Assembly: GCA_963820825.1 (NCBI GenBank)
Contig: CAWGBN010000008.1
Coordinates: 416,001 to 480,000 of the forward strand
Origin: Vulcanimicrobiota bacterium
GTDB lineage: Bacteria > Vulcanimicrobiota > Vulcanimicrobiia > Vulcanimicrobiales > Vulcanimicrobiaceae
Reading direction: 5' to 3'
Length of the DNA stretch: 64,000 nucleotides
Both the position numbers and the translations under genes were made by a program. Below are positions 53,513-63,330 of this stretch, piece after piece. The notes under the pieces are model-generated. The model saw nothing but the letters and a program-made list of their open reading frames with translations, ran no database searches and was not told where the DNA came from. Position 1 is the stretch's first letter, and each line of letters begins with the position of its first letter.

Positions 53513-55054
53513 GTGCTTCGCTTCAGCTTAAGATCGGCACTAATTACGACTGCCGCGACCTTGGCGGTTGGAGTGGCCGGATGTTCCGGCGGCCATTCCA
53601 TGCTGCCGGGTGTGTCGCAACAGACGCTTGCGACCTGGCGCCACAGCCACCCGGGGCGAATCACGCGAATGGCAAGTCCTCCGGATTACATGCAGCTAGA
53701 ATGGCTGATGACCGACGGCACCGTTCTCGCGCAGAGCGGATCGAACTGGAGCACCTTCTGGCTCCTCACGCCCGACTCGACCGGCAGCTACTCAAACGGA
53801 ACGTGGACGCAGGTCGGCTCGCTGCAGTCGGGCTACGGTCCCGACGCCGCAGCCGCGGACGTGCTCGCAAACGGCCTGTTCGTGATCACCGGCGGCGAGT
53901 ACAACGAGCCGGGCAACGGGTACGATCTTCAGCTCACCAATCTCGGCGCCGTCTACGATCCGATCAAGAAGACGTTCACGCCGCTCGGACATCCAAAGAA
54001 GTGGGGCTGGATCGGCGACTCTCCTTCGACGGTTCTCGCCGACGGACGCCTGCTCGTCGGTCAAAAGCTTAGCGAACAAGACGCGTACGTCGATCCGAAG
54101 ACGCTGACTTGGAAGGTCGTTAGCCATAAAGGCAAAGCGGACTTCAATGCCGAGGAAGGCTGGACGCTGCTCGCGAGCGGTAAGATCCTCACCGCCGACG
54201 TAAAGAACGCGCCGAACTCCGAGCTCTACGATCCGTCGACGAGCAAGTGGACGTCGGCCGGTTCGACGATCGTCGACCTGCACTCGCCGTCGCCATATGG
54301 ATGTTTGCTCTACGGCCCGAGCCTCTGCTACTACCCGCCGGGCGAGATCGGTCCGTCGATCCTGCGTCCCGATGGAACTGTCTTCTACACCGGATCCTAT
54401 TCGAGCGGGTACGGCCCGGGACACACCTCGGTCTACAATTCGAAGACGAACTCGTGGACGAAGGGACCCGACTTTCCCAACGGCGACAACGCCGGCGACA
54501 ACTTTGCGGTTCTCGAACCGAGCGGCAACGTCTTAGTCTTCGGTGGTAGCGGCACTGCGTACGAATGGAACGGCACGACGCTCACGCAGCTCAACGGCGT
54601 CAACGAGAGCGGCTCGCCGCTGCTATTGCCGACCGGCCAAATCCTGCTGCTAAGCAACTCGGCCGTTCTCTACACGCCGACCGGTTCGCCGAAGGCGGGC
54701 TGGGCGCCGAAGATCTCGACCTTCCCGTCGAGCATCAGCGCCGGCCAGACGTATAAGATCACCGGCAAGCAGTTCAATGGTTTGAGCCAAGCGGTGGCAT
54801 TCGGCGACGAGTATCAGAACGCGACGAACTACCCGCTCGTGCGAATTAGCATGAACTCGGGCGGCAAGGTCTACTATGCGCGAACGCACGATCACAGCAC
54901 GATGGGCGTTGCAACCGGAAAGAAGACGGTCTTCACCTACTTCGACGTCCCCTCGAACATCGTCTCGGGAGGGGCGACGCTCCAAGTGGTCGCCAACGGC
55001 ATCGCGTCAAAGCCGGTCAACGTGACGGTTTCGGGAGCGGGCCACCGGCATTAG
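53513..55054 (+). CDS. Kelch/galactose-oxidase-like beta-propeller lipoprotein
   Basis: GGAGG RBS and GTG, lipobox VAGC, L..DG.VL, GGEYN, YDP..W repeats, ATNYPLVR, LQVVANGIAS. Confidence 0.8.
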   Translation: MLRFSLRSALITTAATLAVGVAGCSGGHSMLPGVSQQTLATWRHSHPGRITRMASPPDYMQLEWLMTDGTVLAQSGSNWSTFWLLTPDSTGSYSNGTWTQVGSLQSGYGPDAAAADVLANGLFVITGGEYNEPGNGYDLQLTNLGAVYDPIKKTFTPLGHPKKWGWIGDSPSTVLADGRLLVGQKLSEQDAYVDPKTLTWKVVSHKGKADFNAEEGWTLLASGKILTADVKNAPNSELYDPSTSKWTSAGSTIVDLHSPSPYGCLLYGPSLCYYPPGEIGPSILRPDGTVFYTGSYSSGYGPGHTSVYNSKTNSWTKGPDFPNGDNAGDNFAVLEPSGNVLVFGGSGTAYEWNGTTLTQLNGVNESGSPLLLPTGQILLLSNSAVLYTPTGSPKAGWAPKISTFPSSISAGQTYKITGKQFNGLSQAVAFGDEYQNATNYPLVRISMNSGGKVYYARTHDHSTMGVATGKKTVFTYFDVPSNIVSGGATLQVVANGIASKPVNVTVSGAGHRH

Positions 55055-55060
55055 ATCGAC

Positions 55061-55882
55061 GTGGCGCACGTCGTCACGCACCGCGAGTTCAAGCTGTTGT
55101 TGCAGGCGGAGTGCTTCCCAACGAAGCGCTCCGTCATCGCCTTCAACGACGAGCTCGCGCAGATCGCCACGAAACTGCACGTCGATTACGAAGAGTTCGA
55201 CGCGCTCGAGTCGGGCCTGAGGCAGGTCCGCTTCTTCGACACCCCCGACCAGCTCTTCCGTAAGAACAGCATCATTCTGCGCATCCGGCGCGATCAAAGC
55301 TCCGGCTGGCCGGACGAGACCTGGGAGGTAACCTTCAAGCGGCGCTCGTCCGATTATCAGAAGGCCGCTGACTTCGAAGTTGCCTGCTCGTTAGGCATCA
55401 AGGAACGGCGCAAGTTCAAGGAAGAGATCCTGCGAGGCGACGAGATCGGCTCCGTGCGGCGCATCTTCTCGAACAACAACGTCCTCGAATCTCCGTTACA
55501 GAACTTCAGCGCACCGATGTCGCGGATCGCCGACATCTTTCGCGGGCTAAACGATTTCGGGTTCGATCCGAACGCAACGGTCGCCCCAGTCAACGACGCG
55601 CGGGTCTTCGAGATCCAATCGAAGCTCGGTCTGCTGAACTTCGGGAAGGACGTCGCGGCGCATATGGACCTTGCGGTCTGGGTGCGTCCGACGAACGACG
55701 CGTTCAACGTGGTCGTCGCCGAGCTCGCCTTTGCCTATAAGATCTTGGGAACGACGGCAAAAGCGCAAGCCGGTCACGAAGCGGCCGATCGATTCTTCAA
55801 AGAGATTCAAGAGCCGCTGCGCGACCGGCTCGCGCAAGGTACGACGAAGACCGCGCTGATCTACGGGGTCGCCGAGGTCTGA
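55061..55882 (+). CDS. CYTH/VTC-like triphosphate tunnel metalloenzyme
   Basis: REFKLLL, FFDTPD..F....ILRIR, VTFKRR, KFKEE, ELAF, C-terminal TKT. Confidence 0.7.
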   Translation: MAHVVTHREFKLLLQAECFPTKRSVIAFNDELAQIATKLHVDYEEFDALESGLRQVRFFDTPDQLFRKNSIILRIRRDQSSGWPDETWEVTFKRRSSDYQKAADFEVACSLGIKERRKFKEEILRGDEIGSVRRIFSNNNVLESPLQNFSAPMSRIADIFRGLNDFGFDPNATVAPVNDARVFEIQSKLGLLNFGKDVAAHMDLAVWVRPTNDAFNVVVAELAFAYKILGTTAKAQAGHEAADRFFKEIQEPLRDRLAQGTTKTALIYGVAEV

Positions 55883-56284
55883 CTACCCCGGCGGCGGCGG
55901 AGGCTGGCCTCCGGTAATCGCCGTCGCGTAGAAGTTTTCACCCTGCCAGTAGCCGTGCGCGACAATTTGCCGGCCGACCGCGACGCGTCCGGTCGTTTGA
56001 TTGTCGAGCGCCGCGGAGTCGTCGATGACGACCTGGCGCCCGGTGAGCTGCAGCGTCACGAGATGGCCTTTAACGCTTACGATCGTGCCGGCGACGACTT
56101 CATGCTTGTACGTCGTCGTTGGACAGCTGTCGTTCGGCGTCCAAACGTCGCCCTGCCAGCTGCCGCATGCCGAATCGACATACGGCGGCGCGGCTGGAGG
56201 CGGCGGCGCTCCTTGCGCGAGTGCGGTCGCACCGGCGGTAAGCGTGCCGGCGGCCGCTATAAGGATCGTAATGAGTGCTTTCAT
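55883..56284 (-). CDS. Secreted hypothetical protein (possible OB-fold)
   Basis: Signal peptide MKALITIL..ALA; GTIVSVKG, VGRQIVAHGYW. Confidence 0.65.
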   Translation of the reverse strand: MKALITILIAAAGTLTAGATALAQGAPPPPAAPPYVDSACGSWQGDVWTPNDSCPTTTYKHEVVAGTIVSVKGHLVTLQLTGRQVVIDDSAALDNQTTGRVAVGRQIVAHGYWQGENFYATAITGGQPPPPPG

Positions 56285-56342
56285 AGCTCTCTGCTTTCCC
56301 AATCGCGTTTTCTTCAAAGCGCGACCGAGCGTTCGCACGCGA

Positions 56343-56379
56343 GCGGCGGTGAGCGGAGCGATCTCCGCTCACCCGCCGC
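56343..56379. terminator. Hairpin downstream of the Hsp20 gene
   Basis: GGTGAGCGGAG-CGAT-CTCCGCTCACC. Confidence 0.55.
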
Positions 56380-56384
56380 CGTGG

Positions 56385-56819
56385 TTATGCGGATTTAACC
56401 TCGATCTTTTTTGGGGCGATCGGTCGTGCCGGCGTCAAAAGAACCTTAAGCACGCCTTTCTCGATCGTCGCGGAGACGCTCTCGGCATCGAGGTCTTGCG
56501 GCAGCGTGACGCTGCGCGAGAACGAGCCGCGGCGCATCTCGCGCCGATGGTACTTGACGTCCTTCTTCTCGCTTTTTTCGACGTGCTGACCGCTGACCGT
56601 CACGGTGCCGCCGTCGACTTCCACGTTGATTTCGCTCGGATCGTAGCCCGGCGTCGCCATCTCCAACACGTACTTGCCGTCCTTTTCGTAGAGATCGAGC
56701 GGCGCAAGCACGTTCTGATACCGCGTGGCCGGCCATTGCATATCGAAGAACGAATCGAACATTTGGTCGAGTAGCGCGAGGTCGCCACCGTTACCATCCC
56801 TTGTTTTTAGCAGAGTCAT
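56385..56819 (-). CDS. Hsp20/alpha-crystallin small heat-shock protein
   Basis: DLYE, PG, RRE...GSFSRSVTLP, A....GVL.V, C-terminal IEV. Confidence 0.93.
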   Translation of the reverse strand: MTLLKTRDGNGGDLALLDQMFDSFFDMQWPATRYQNVLAPLDLYEKDGKYVLEMATPGYDPSEINVEVDGGTVTVSGQHVEKSEKKDVKYHRREMRRGSFSRSVTLPQDLDAESVSATIEKGVLKVLLTPARPIAPKKIEVKSA

Positions 56820-56868
56820 AACTTGAGTTTCCTTCCTTACTTACTCCATATCAATGTTATACGTGCCG

Positions 56869-56900
56869 ATTCTAGCGCGTCGCTGAGAAAAACTAGAGAA
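56869..56900 (-). promoter_or_regulatory. TTC direct-repeat promoter, leadered (Hsp20)
   Basis: TTCTC-N6-TTCTC-N10-TAGAAT. Confidence 0.78.
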
Positions 56901-57537
56901 AGCGCGCGAACCATTCCCGCGCGAGCCGCGCAACTTCGGCGAGCGTCCCCGGCTCTTCAAAGAGATGCGTCGCGCCCGGCACGATTGCGATTTGCCGGGG
57001 CGCGGTCATTCGAGCCGCGGCCTCCCGGTTAAGCCGGAGAACCACCTCGTCCGCACCGCCGACGACGAGCAGCGTCGGCGCCGCAACGCGCGACAGGTAG
57101 GCTCCCGCGAGATCGGGACGTCCGCCGCGCGAGACGACGGCACCGACGTGCTTCGGTAACGATGCCGCCGCGACGAGCGCGGCTGCAGCGCCGGTGCTCG
57201 CGCCGAAGTATCCGATCGGCAAGTCGCGCACGGTCGGCTCTTCCAGCGCCCACTTGGTCGCCGCGACGAGCCGTTTGGCCAAGAGTCCGATGTCGAACCG
57301 AAGCGCCGCCGTTCGCCGGTCGACCGACTCCTCTTCGGGAGTGAGCAGATCGAAGAGCAACGATGCGATATTGCCTTCGGCGAGCGCGTCGGCGACGAAG
57401 CCGTTGCGCGGACTATGGCGGCTGCTGCCGCTGCCGTGCGCGAAGAGCACCAAACCGGTCGCCTTCGCGGGGCGTCTCAAGAACGCAGGGCCGACGATTC
57501 CCTTGCCGATCCGCACGTCGATTTCCGAAAGATTCAC
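56893..57537 (-). CDS. Dienelactone hydrolase-like alpha/beta hydrolase (Rv0571c C-terminal type)
   Basis: FAHGSGSSRHSPRN, FDIGLLA.RL, GYFGASTGAAAAL, SRGGRPDLAG, GATHLFEEPG. Confidence 0.9.
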   Translation of the reverse strand: MNLSEIDVRIGKGIVGPAFLRRPAKATGLVLFAHGSGSSRHSPRNGFVADALAEGNIASLLFDLLTPEEESVDRRTAALRFDIGLLAKRLVAATKWALEEPTVRDLPIGYFGASTGAAAALVAAASLPKHVGAVVSRGGRPDLAGAYLSRVAAPTLLVVGGADEVVLRLNREAAARMTAPRQIAIVPGATHLFEEPGTLAEVARLAREWFARFL

Positions 57538-57545
57538 GCCTTCCC

Positions 57546-57577
57546 ATGGTATCCGATACTTGGGAAGCACCCGGGAA
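57546..57577 (-). promoter_or_regulatory. TTC direct-repeat promoter (hydrolase)
   Basis: TTCCC-N6-TTCCC-N10-TACCAT-N8-GTG. Confidence 0.75.
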
Positions 57578-57583
57578 GCAGGC

Positions 57584-57615
57584 TTCCTCGGCGATTCTCG
57601 ATTTCGCGGTAGCAT
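57584..57615 (+). promoter_or_regulatory. TTC direct-repeat promoter, leaderless (ABM-like gene)
   Basis: TTCCT-N6-TTCTC-N10-TAGCAT-N6-ATG. Confidence 0.75.
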
Positions 57616-57621
57616 CGCCCC

Positions 57622-57981
57622 ATGGAAAGACGGTATGCGGCGATTGACGGCGCGGCCCCGGTATCGGTATTGCGGCTGATCGAGGTCTCGCCCGACGATT
57701 TCGAACGCCTTTACGGCGAGATCGCGAGCTTCATGAACGGTCCCGGCGCGGAATTGCCGGGCCTCATCGAGACGCAACTCTTCGGCAGCGTGGATCGTAC
57801 GCGAATTGCAATCCTCGTGCACTTCCGCTCGCACCGCGACTGGGTACACGCGCAGTGGGACGTGCGGCTCGGCGAACTCCTCGAAGAGATCGTCACCAAC
57901 TCGGCGGCGATCGACTTCAATCTCTACCGCACCGACCGGTTCCCAACGGAGACCACGAAGCAGGGTATCGCGCAGAGCTGA
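57622..57981 (+). CDS. ABM (antibiotic biosynthesis monooxygenase)-like dimeric alpha/beta barrel protein
   Basis: LPGLIETQLFGSVDRTRI pattern; about 120 aa. Confidence 0.6.
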   Translation: MERRYAAIDGAAPVSVLRLIEVSPDDFERLYGEIASFMNGPGAELPGLIETQLFGSVDRTRIAILVHFRSHRDWVHAQWDVRLGELLEEIVTNSAAIDFNLYRTDRFPTETTKQGIAQS

Positions 57982-59093
57982 AGGAGCGTCGAAAAGAGCA
58001 CGAGGCCGACGACGGAGCGATCGACGAGTATGCCGGAGATGACGCTGCCGGCAAACCAGGCCGCGCCGAAGATGAGGTCGTAGAGACCGAAGCTCGTCGC
58101 CCGGCGCCGATGGGCGAGCACGCCGGCAACGAGCGCCAATAAGAGCGCATCCTGCACGGCGATGCCGACGCCCCAGAGCGCGACGCCCACCCCGGCAACG
58201 GCACCGCCGCCCAAGAACGCCAACGGCGTCGCGATTGACGTCAACGCAATTGCGATCCCGACGATCTCTCTCCCACCGCGGTCGAAGAGACGCCCGAGAA
58301 TCGGCGAGGCAATCGCGCCGACCGCCATCGCAACCGCGAACCAGATCGAAATCGCCGGCGCGCTTGCGACGTGATCTCGTTGAAAGCGAAAAGCGATCAA
58401 GGCAAAATCGACGTATCCGGCCGCGACGAGCGCGCCGCCGATTGCGTAGCGGCGAAAGGCCGACCGGTCGCGGATCGCCGGCCCCGACTCGCCCGCATCG
58501 GACGGCATGAACGCACGCCCGGCCGGCGTCGCAATCGCCAAGAACGTCAGCGTAAGCAATGCCGGAACGATGAGTATGCCGAAACCCATCGTGTAGCCGC
58601 CGCGCGCAATTGCCAGCGCGACGACGAGTGGACCGACCGTCGCACCGGTTTGATCGAGAAACTCGTTGATGCCGAAGGCGCGTCCGCTCCCCAGCGATCG
58701 GCCGGCGTGCGAGAGCATCGCCGCGGTCACGGGTTTGCGGATGCCGCGCCCGACGCGTTCGCCGATCAAAAGACCCGCGGCCGCCGGCCAGCTCCCTACC
58801 AGCGCGAGCGCCGGAACGCAGAGCATATTGATCGTATAGCCGACCCAAACGTCGAGCCAATAGAGGCCCGTACGATCGGCGATGACGCCGGCAACGGAGC
58901 GGATCGCATATCCTGCAAGCTCGCCGCCGCCGGCGACCGCACCGACGACCGCTCCGTTCGCACCGAGATGACCGAGAAAGGCACCGGCAACGCCGCGTCC
59001 GCCTTCGTACGTGAAATCGGCGAACGCATTGACGACGCCGATCAGTAAGACGAACCGGAGCGCTAACGACTTAGATAATGGTGCTTGACCCAT
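57924..59093 (-). CDS. MFS transporter
   Basis: FADFTYEGGR, G.IADRTG, ERVGRGIRKP, G.AFG..E..DQ.GA, G.LFDR; about 12 TM segments. Confidence 0.9.
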   Translation of the reverse strand: MGQAPLSKSLALRFVLLIGVVNAFADFTYEGGRGVAGAFLGHLGANGAVVGAVAGGGELAGYAIRSVAGVIADRTGLYWLDVWVGYTINMLCVPALALVGSWPAAAGLLIGERVGRGIRKPVTAAMLSHAGRSLGSGRAFGINEFLDQTGATVGPLVVALAIARGGYTMGFGILIVPALLTLTFLAIATPAGRAFMPSDAGESGPAIRDRSAFRRYAIGGALVAAGYVDFALIAFRFQRDHVASAPAISIWFAVAMAVGAIASPILGRLFDRGGREIVGIAIALTSIATPLAFLGGGAVAGVGVALWGVGIAVQDALLLALVAGVLAHRRRATSFGLYDLIFGAAWFAGSVISGILVDRSVVGLVLFSTLLQLCAIPCFVVSVGNRSVR

Positions 59094-60196
59094 TTTGCCC
59101 ACGCGTTGGCAGGCGTGCCGTTGTAATCGGAGATCAGCACGCCGCATCCGCCCCACGTGTCCCAGGTCCAGGCTTCATATCCGGCGCCGTGTGCGTCGGC
59201 CCAGTTCAGGAACGTGGGGACGTAACCGCGGGTGCAGTCCGAGCCGCCGTAGGTCTCACCGGTCTCGCCGAAGATCATCGGCACGACCTTGGTGATCGGC
59301 CGCATGCTCGAGTCGAAGCACGCAGTCGTATCGCACTGATTCTTACCGTAGACGTGGGCTTCGGCAATGAGCTGATTCCGCGGATCCTTCGGCCGGGACT
59401 CGAGCCATGTCGAACCGTCGTATTTCGACCCGCCGATCTTTCCGCAGGCATTCGCGTAATTAATGCACGGTATCGAGATGACGCCGCTATAACCGGCCTT
59501 TCGCATGAGATTCACCGCTTGCTGCATCGCGGCGGTCTGATAGTAGGCGTTGCTCGGGCCGTAAGTCGCTTCGTTGTCGCAGCCCTTCTTCATGAAGCAT
59601 TTCCAATCGACGGTCGTCTCGCCCCAGGGCGCGAGAATGACGTTTGGATCGTTTTTGAACGTCGCGGCCATGCTCGTCCACATGTCCGGCGAGTGATCCT
59701 CGTCGGGCGCGGCGGGTTGGTAGGTGGCCTGATACGAGCCGGGTGCGCCCCACATCAACGACACCTCGGCGTACATTCCGTGCTGATGCAAGAGGTTGAC
59801 GTAATCGACGATCGCGTTGATGTAGTTCTTGCCGGCGTACTGCTGCTTGATGCCGTTGATGTCGAGCCAGCAATCTTCATTGAGCAGCACGCGCACGACG
59901 TTGACGTTCCAGGTCGTCATCGCTTGAACCGACGCAGCGTCGTTCGGTCCGTCGAAGATCCCCCACCCTTGCACGCACGCGTACTCGGTTCCAGAGCGGT
60001 TGATTCCGTGAAGATCGATCGCGTTGTCGCTACCGTCGACGAGATGATTTCCGGAGACGCGAATTCCGGTCAGGGTCGTCCGGTGCTGCTTTGCCGAAGC
60101 TGCCGCGCCCGACGGCACCGTGCCCGCAGCCGGATTGCCGGTACAGGCTGCGACGACGAGAATCGTGAGGAGCAGCGGAAGGCGGCGGTTCGTCAT
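59063..60196 (-). CDS. GH5 (cellulase family) glycoside hydrolase lipoprotein
   Basis: Lipobox VAAC; HGINRSGTEYACVQGWGIFDGP, VRVLLNEDCW, HVY, GETGE, WTW. Confidence 0.85.
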   Translation of the reverse strand: MTNRRLPLLLTILVVAACTGNPAAGTVPSGAAASAKQHRTTLTGIRVSGNHLVDGSDNAIDLHGINRSGTEYACVQGWGIFDGPNDAASVQAMTTWNVNVVRVLLNEDCWLDINGIKQQYAGKNYINAIVDYVNLLHQHGMYAEVSLMWGAPGSYQATYQPAAPDEDHSPDMWTSMAATFKNDPNVILAPWGETTVDWKCFMKKGCDNEATYGPSNAYYQTAAMQQAVNLMRKAGYSGVISIPCINYANACGKIGGSKYDGSTWLESRPKDPRNQLIAEAHVYGKNQCDTTACFDSSMRPITKVVPMIFGETGETYGGSDCTRGYVPTFLNWADAHGAGYEAWTWDTWGGCGVLISDYNGTPANAWAKWVKHHYLSR

Positions 60197-60257
60197 GGCG
60201 GCGGTAGTTCTTCACACCCGGGCGGAAAGCCCGGCGAAGGCGTGATAGAATCGGCGA

Positions 60258-60773
60258 ATGGCGCTGCGCTGCGACGATGGGATAGTGCTGCGGGCCCCGT
60301 GCGCCGGCGATGCGGAAGCGTTGACGAAGCACGCAAACCATCGCGACGTCTGGATCAACCTGCGCGATGCGATGCCGCATCCATACGCTTTGGACGATGC
60401 GGCGCGTTGGATCGGCCGCATCGCGGACGAAAGGCCTCGAGTCAACTTCATCATCGACCTCGGCGGTGAAGCGATCGGGGGTATCGGCCTGATCGTCGGA
60501 ACCGACATCGAGCGCACCGCAGCCGAGGTTGGTTACTGGCTTGGCCCCGAGCATTGGGGCCACGGCATCGCGACGTCCGCGTTGCGCCGGATATGCCGAT
60601 ATGCGTTTGACGATCTCAAGCTTCTGCGACTCTTCGCTACGCCCATCGTCTGGAATCCGGCCAGCTTTCACGTCCTCGAAAAGGCCGGGTTCCAGCGAGA
60701 AGGGATCATGCGCAGCGCCTGCGTCAAGGACGGGCAGGTAATGGACATGGCGTTGTACGCCCTGACTCTCTAA
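60258..60773 (+). CDS. RimJ/RimL-type GNAT acetyltransferase
   Basis: AEVGYWLG..HWGHGIAT, NPAS.HVLEKAGF.REG; leaderless TAGAAT-N6-ATG. Confidence 0.9.
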   Translation: MALRCDDGIVLRAPCAGDAEALTKHANHRDVWINLRDAMPHPYALDDAARWIGRIADERPRVNFIIDLGGEAIGGIGLIVGTDIERTAAEVGYWLGPEHWGHGIATSALRRICRYAFDDLKLLRLFATPIVWNPASFHVLEKAGFQREGIMRSACVKDGQVMDMALYALTL

Positions 60774-60815
60774 GTATGGCGGTCCTCAATCCGAAAGAAC
60801 GGGTACCTATCTGAG

Positions 60816-61226
60816 ATGCCTAAGAGTCAAAGCCAAGTCAGCGAGTCTCCCTCCAAGCTGATCGATGCAAGAATCCGGGAGTATGATGACTGGCGGGGTG
60901 CGACGCTCTCCCGAGTTCGCAGTTTGATCCAGCAGGCCGACCCCGACGTCGTCGAGGAGTGGAAGTGGAGAGGCGTTCCGGTGTGGGCGCACGACGGGAT
61001 GATCTGCACTGGCGAGATTTACAAAAGCGTCGTCAAGCTGACGTTCGCCAAGGGAGCTTCCTTAAAAGATCCTGACGGTCTGTTCAACTCCAGCCTCGAT
61101 GGAAACGTCAGGCGCGCCATTGACATTCGCGAAGGCGAGCGCATCGACGAAGCCGCTCTGAAGAGGCTCATACGTGCCGCCGTCGAGCTGAACGCCAAGA
61201 GCAAGCGCAAGCGCTCGTCAGGGTGA
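60816..61226 (+). CDS. DUF1801 (YdhG-like) protein
   Basis: DWRG.TL..VR.LI..ADP.VVEEWKW, KLTFAKGASL.DP..LFNSSL.GN.RRAID. Confidence 0.88.
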   Translation: MPKSQSQVSESPSKLIDARIREYDDWRGATLSRVRSLIQQADPDVVEEWKWRGVPVWAHDGMICTGEIYKSVVKLTFAKGASLKDPDGLFNSSLDGNVRRAIDIREGERIDEAALKRLIRAAVELNAKSKRKRSSG

Positions 61227-61254
61227 CGCAGCAGGGGCGGCGAACGCTGTAACG

Positions 61255-62061
61255 ATGGTGCAGAAGTATCGTTACGGTGAGATGACTTGGCCGGAGGTGA
61301 AGGCTGCCGCGGCCCGGCCGTGCGTCGCGATCGTACCGATTGCGACGCTGGAAGATCACGGACTCCATCTGCCGATCGACACCGATTTGCTGCTCTGCAC
61401 GAGCGTCTGCGAGCTCGCGGCGTCGCGGGCGGGCGATCGCGTGGTGCTCGTTCCGCCGATCAATCACGGATATAGCCCGCACCACATGGACTTCCCCGGC
61501 GCGATTACGATCGACGCGCACACGCTCATCGACTACGGTCTCGACGTCTGCAAGAGTCTGGCGCATCACGGATTCGAGCGCATCCTCATCGTCAACGGTC
61601 ACGGAAGCAACGCCCCGTTCATCGACATCATCGCGCGGCTCTGCGTCGTGCAGACCGACGCGCTCGCCGCCGCGGTCAGCTACTGGGCCGCCCCCGGCGT
61701 GCGCGAAGCCGCCGAGTCGCTGCGCGAATCCGAACAGGTCGGCGGGATGAATCACGCGTGTGAGTTCGAGACCTCGCTCTATCTCGCGCTGCGTCCCGAT
61801 CTCGTCGACATGAGTAAGGCCGTCCACGAGCTCTCGCATCGACCGTCGCAGAGTTACTGGACCGACCTCGTCGCCGGCGACGGTCCGCTCGCGATGATGG
61901 AACACTGGAGCCAACTCAGCGAGAGCGGCGTAATGGGCGATCCGACGAAGGCGTCGGCGGAAAAGGGACGCATACTGCTCGACGCTGCCGCCGACGGAAT
62001 CGTCGAGCTCGTCGACGAACTGCTCGCCCGCGAGAGCCGTCCGCGCACCGATCATCATTGA
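61255..62061 (+). CDS. Creatininase/MftE-like amidohydrolase family protein
   Basis: EDHGLHLPIDTD, GYSPHH..FPG, VNGHGSN, HACEFETS, GVMGDP..A.AEKG. Confidence 0.88.
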   Translation: MVQKYRYGEMTWPEVKAAAARPCVAIVPIATLEDHGLHLPIDTDLLLCTSVCELAASRAGDRVVLVPPINHGYSPHHMDFPGAITIDAHTLIDYGLDVCKSLAHHGFERILIVNGHGSNAPFIDIIARLCVVQTDALAAAVSYWAAPGVREAAESLRESEQVGGMNHACEFETSLYLALRPDLVDMSKAVHELSHRPSQSYWTDLVAGDGPLAMMEHWSQLSESGVMGDPTKASAEKGRILLDAAADGIVELVDELLARESRPRTDHH

Positions 62062-63281
62062 AGCGGTACTGGATACCGCCGCTCGGGCTTGCGTTCGGAC
62101 AGCTCTGTCACGGGCTTTCGTGGATGCTCGCCCTCTGGATCGCGCTTCGCATCGGCGTCGGCGGTCTCTCGCTCGCGGAGATCGGGTGGATCCATCTCGT
62201 CGCGCTCGGCTGGCTGACGATGACCGCGCTCTCGATCCTGCTTCACGCCATCCCGAGCTTTCTCGACGTCGACTGGCGATTCGAAAGCCTCGCGCGTTAC
62301 TCCCTGGGATTCTTCGCCGCGGCGGTTACGGCGTTCGTCATCGCCTTTCTCGCGGCGCCCGAGTTGCTCTGGATCGTGGCAATCGCCGTCGCGCTGACGC
62401 TGATCGTCTATCTCGCAACGGCGGGGCTCACGCTCCATCAAGCGTTGCGCTCGACCGATCGGATCGCTCGTGCCGTCGCGCGCGCGTTTGCGATTACATT
62501 CTTCCTGCTCTTCGTCGCAATCGTGCTCGGCGCGGCCAGCGCCTGGATCTTCTCCGAGCTGAGCCGCCCCGCGTGGCTCTTCGCGATCCCGCCGGCGCAC
62601 GGAAGCATCGCGCTCTTCGGATGGTTGACCCTTCTGATCTACGGCGTTTCGGCGCGAACGCTCCGTCCGATCACCGGCAATCGCTCGCAGCATCCCATGC
62701 TTCATATCGTTACCGGAACGGCAACGCTAATCGGCGCGGTGCTGCTCGCCGGCGGAACGGCATCGCGCATTGCTTGGCTCGCGTGGCTGGGCGGAGGCTC
62801 CATCGCGGCCGGGGCGATCGCCTATGCCGCCGACGTCGCATCGATTCTCGCCGGAGCAACCGTGCGCTATCGCGTGCCGCAATGCTTCATCGCCGTTGCG
62901 GTCGCGTGGTTGGGCGTCACCCTCGCACTGGGCGCCGGCGTACTCGCGGGAATGCCGTGGCAAGCCGCCTTCGGCTTCGTCATGCTCGCTGGTTGGGCCG
63001 GACAGATGGTCAACGGACACATCTTTCACATCGGCGTGCGGCTGGTCTCGACGATCTACCGCGGCGACGATGACGAAACGCCGCCTGAGGAGCTTCTCGA
63101 CCCCGCCCGGCCGTGGTTGGCCTTCGCCGCGATGCAACTCGCGGTCGCGTGCGTTGCCGCCGGCCTCGTATTCGAAAGCGCGCCGTTGACGGCCGCCGGG
63201 GCGATCTGCGGAGTGGCCGGATGGCTCGCAATCGTCGCCGCAATCGCACGCGCGCGCTCGAGTGCCGAGCGGCCAATTTGA
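62058..63281 (+). CDS. Multi-pass membrane protein (NnrS/heme-copper-like His pattern)
   Basis: About 12 TM segments; H...LGW and H....GW motifs; start overlaps the upstream stop. Confidence 0.65.
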   Translation: MKRYWIPPLGLAFGQLCHGLSWMLALWIALRIGVGGLSLAEIGWIHLVALGWLTMTALSILLHAIPSFLDVDWRFESLARYSLGFFAAAVTAFVIAFLAAPELLWIVAIAVALTLIVYLATAGLTLHQALRSTDRIARAVARAFAITFFLLFVAIVLGAASAWIFSELSRPAWLFAIPPAHGSIALFGWLTLLIYGVSARTLRPITGNRSQHPMLHIVTGTATLIGAVLLAGGTASRIAWLAWLGGGSIAAGAIAYAADVASILAGATVRYRVPQCFIAVAVAWLGVTLALGAGVLAGMPWQAAFGFVMLAGWAGQMVNGHIFHIGVRLVSTIYRGDDDETPPEELLDPARPWLAFAAMQLAVACVAAGLVFESAPLTAAGAICGVAGWLAIVAAIARARSSAERPI

Positions 63282-63330
63282 TAGCGATTTGAACCACGCG
63301 CCCGCTCGCGCGTGGTAAACTCGCCGAGGC

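Noticed and set aside
60205..60238. Additional TTC box (TTCGC-N6-TTCCG) upstream of the GH5 gene
   Set aside because: The in-phase hexamer is AAGAAC, not TAnnnT, so it was not counted.
61255..62061. Mycofactocin or other RiPP cluster
   Set aside because: No precursor peptide or radical-SAM gene nearby; the family is widespread.
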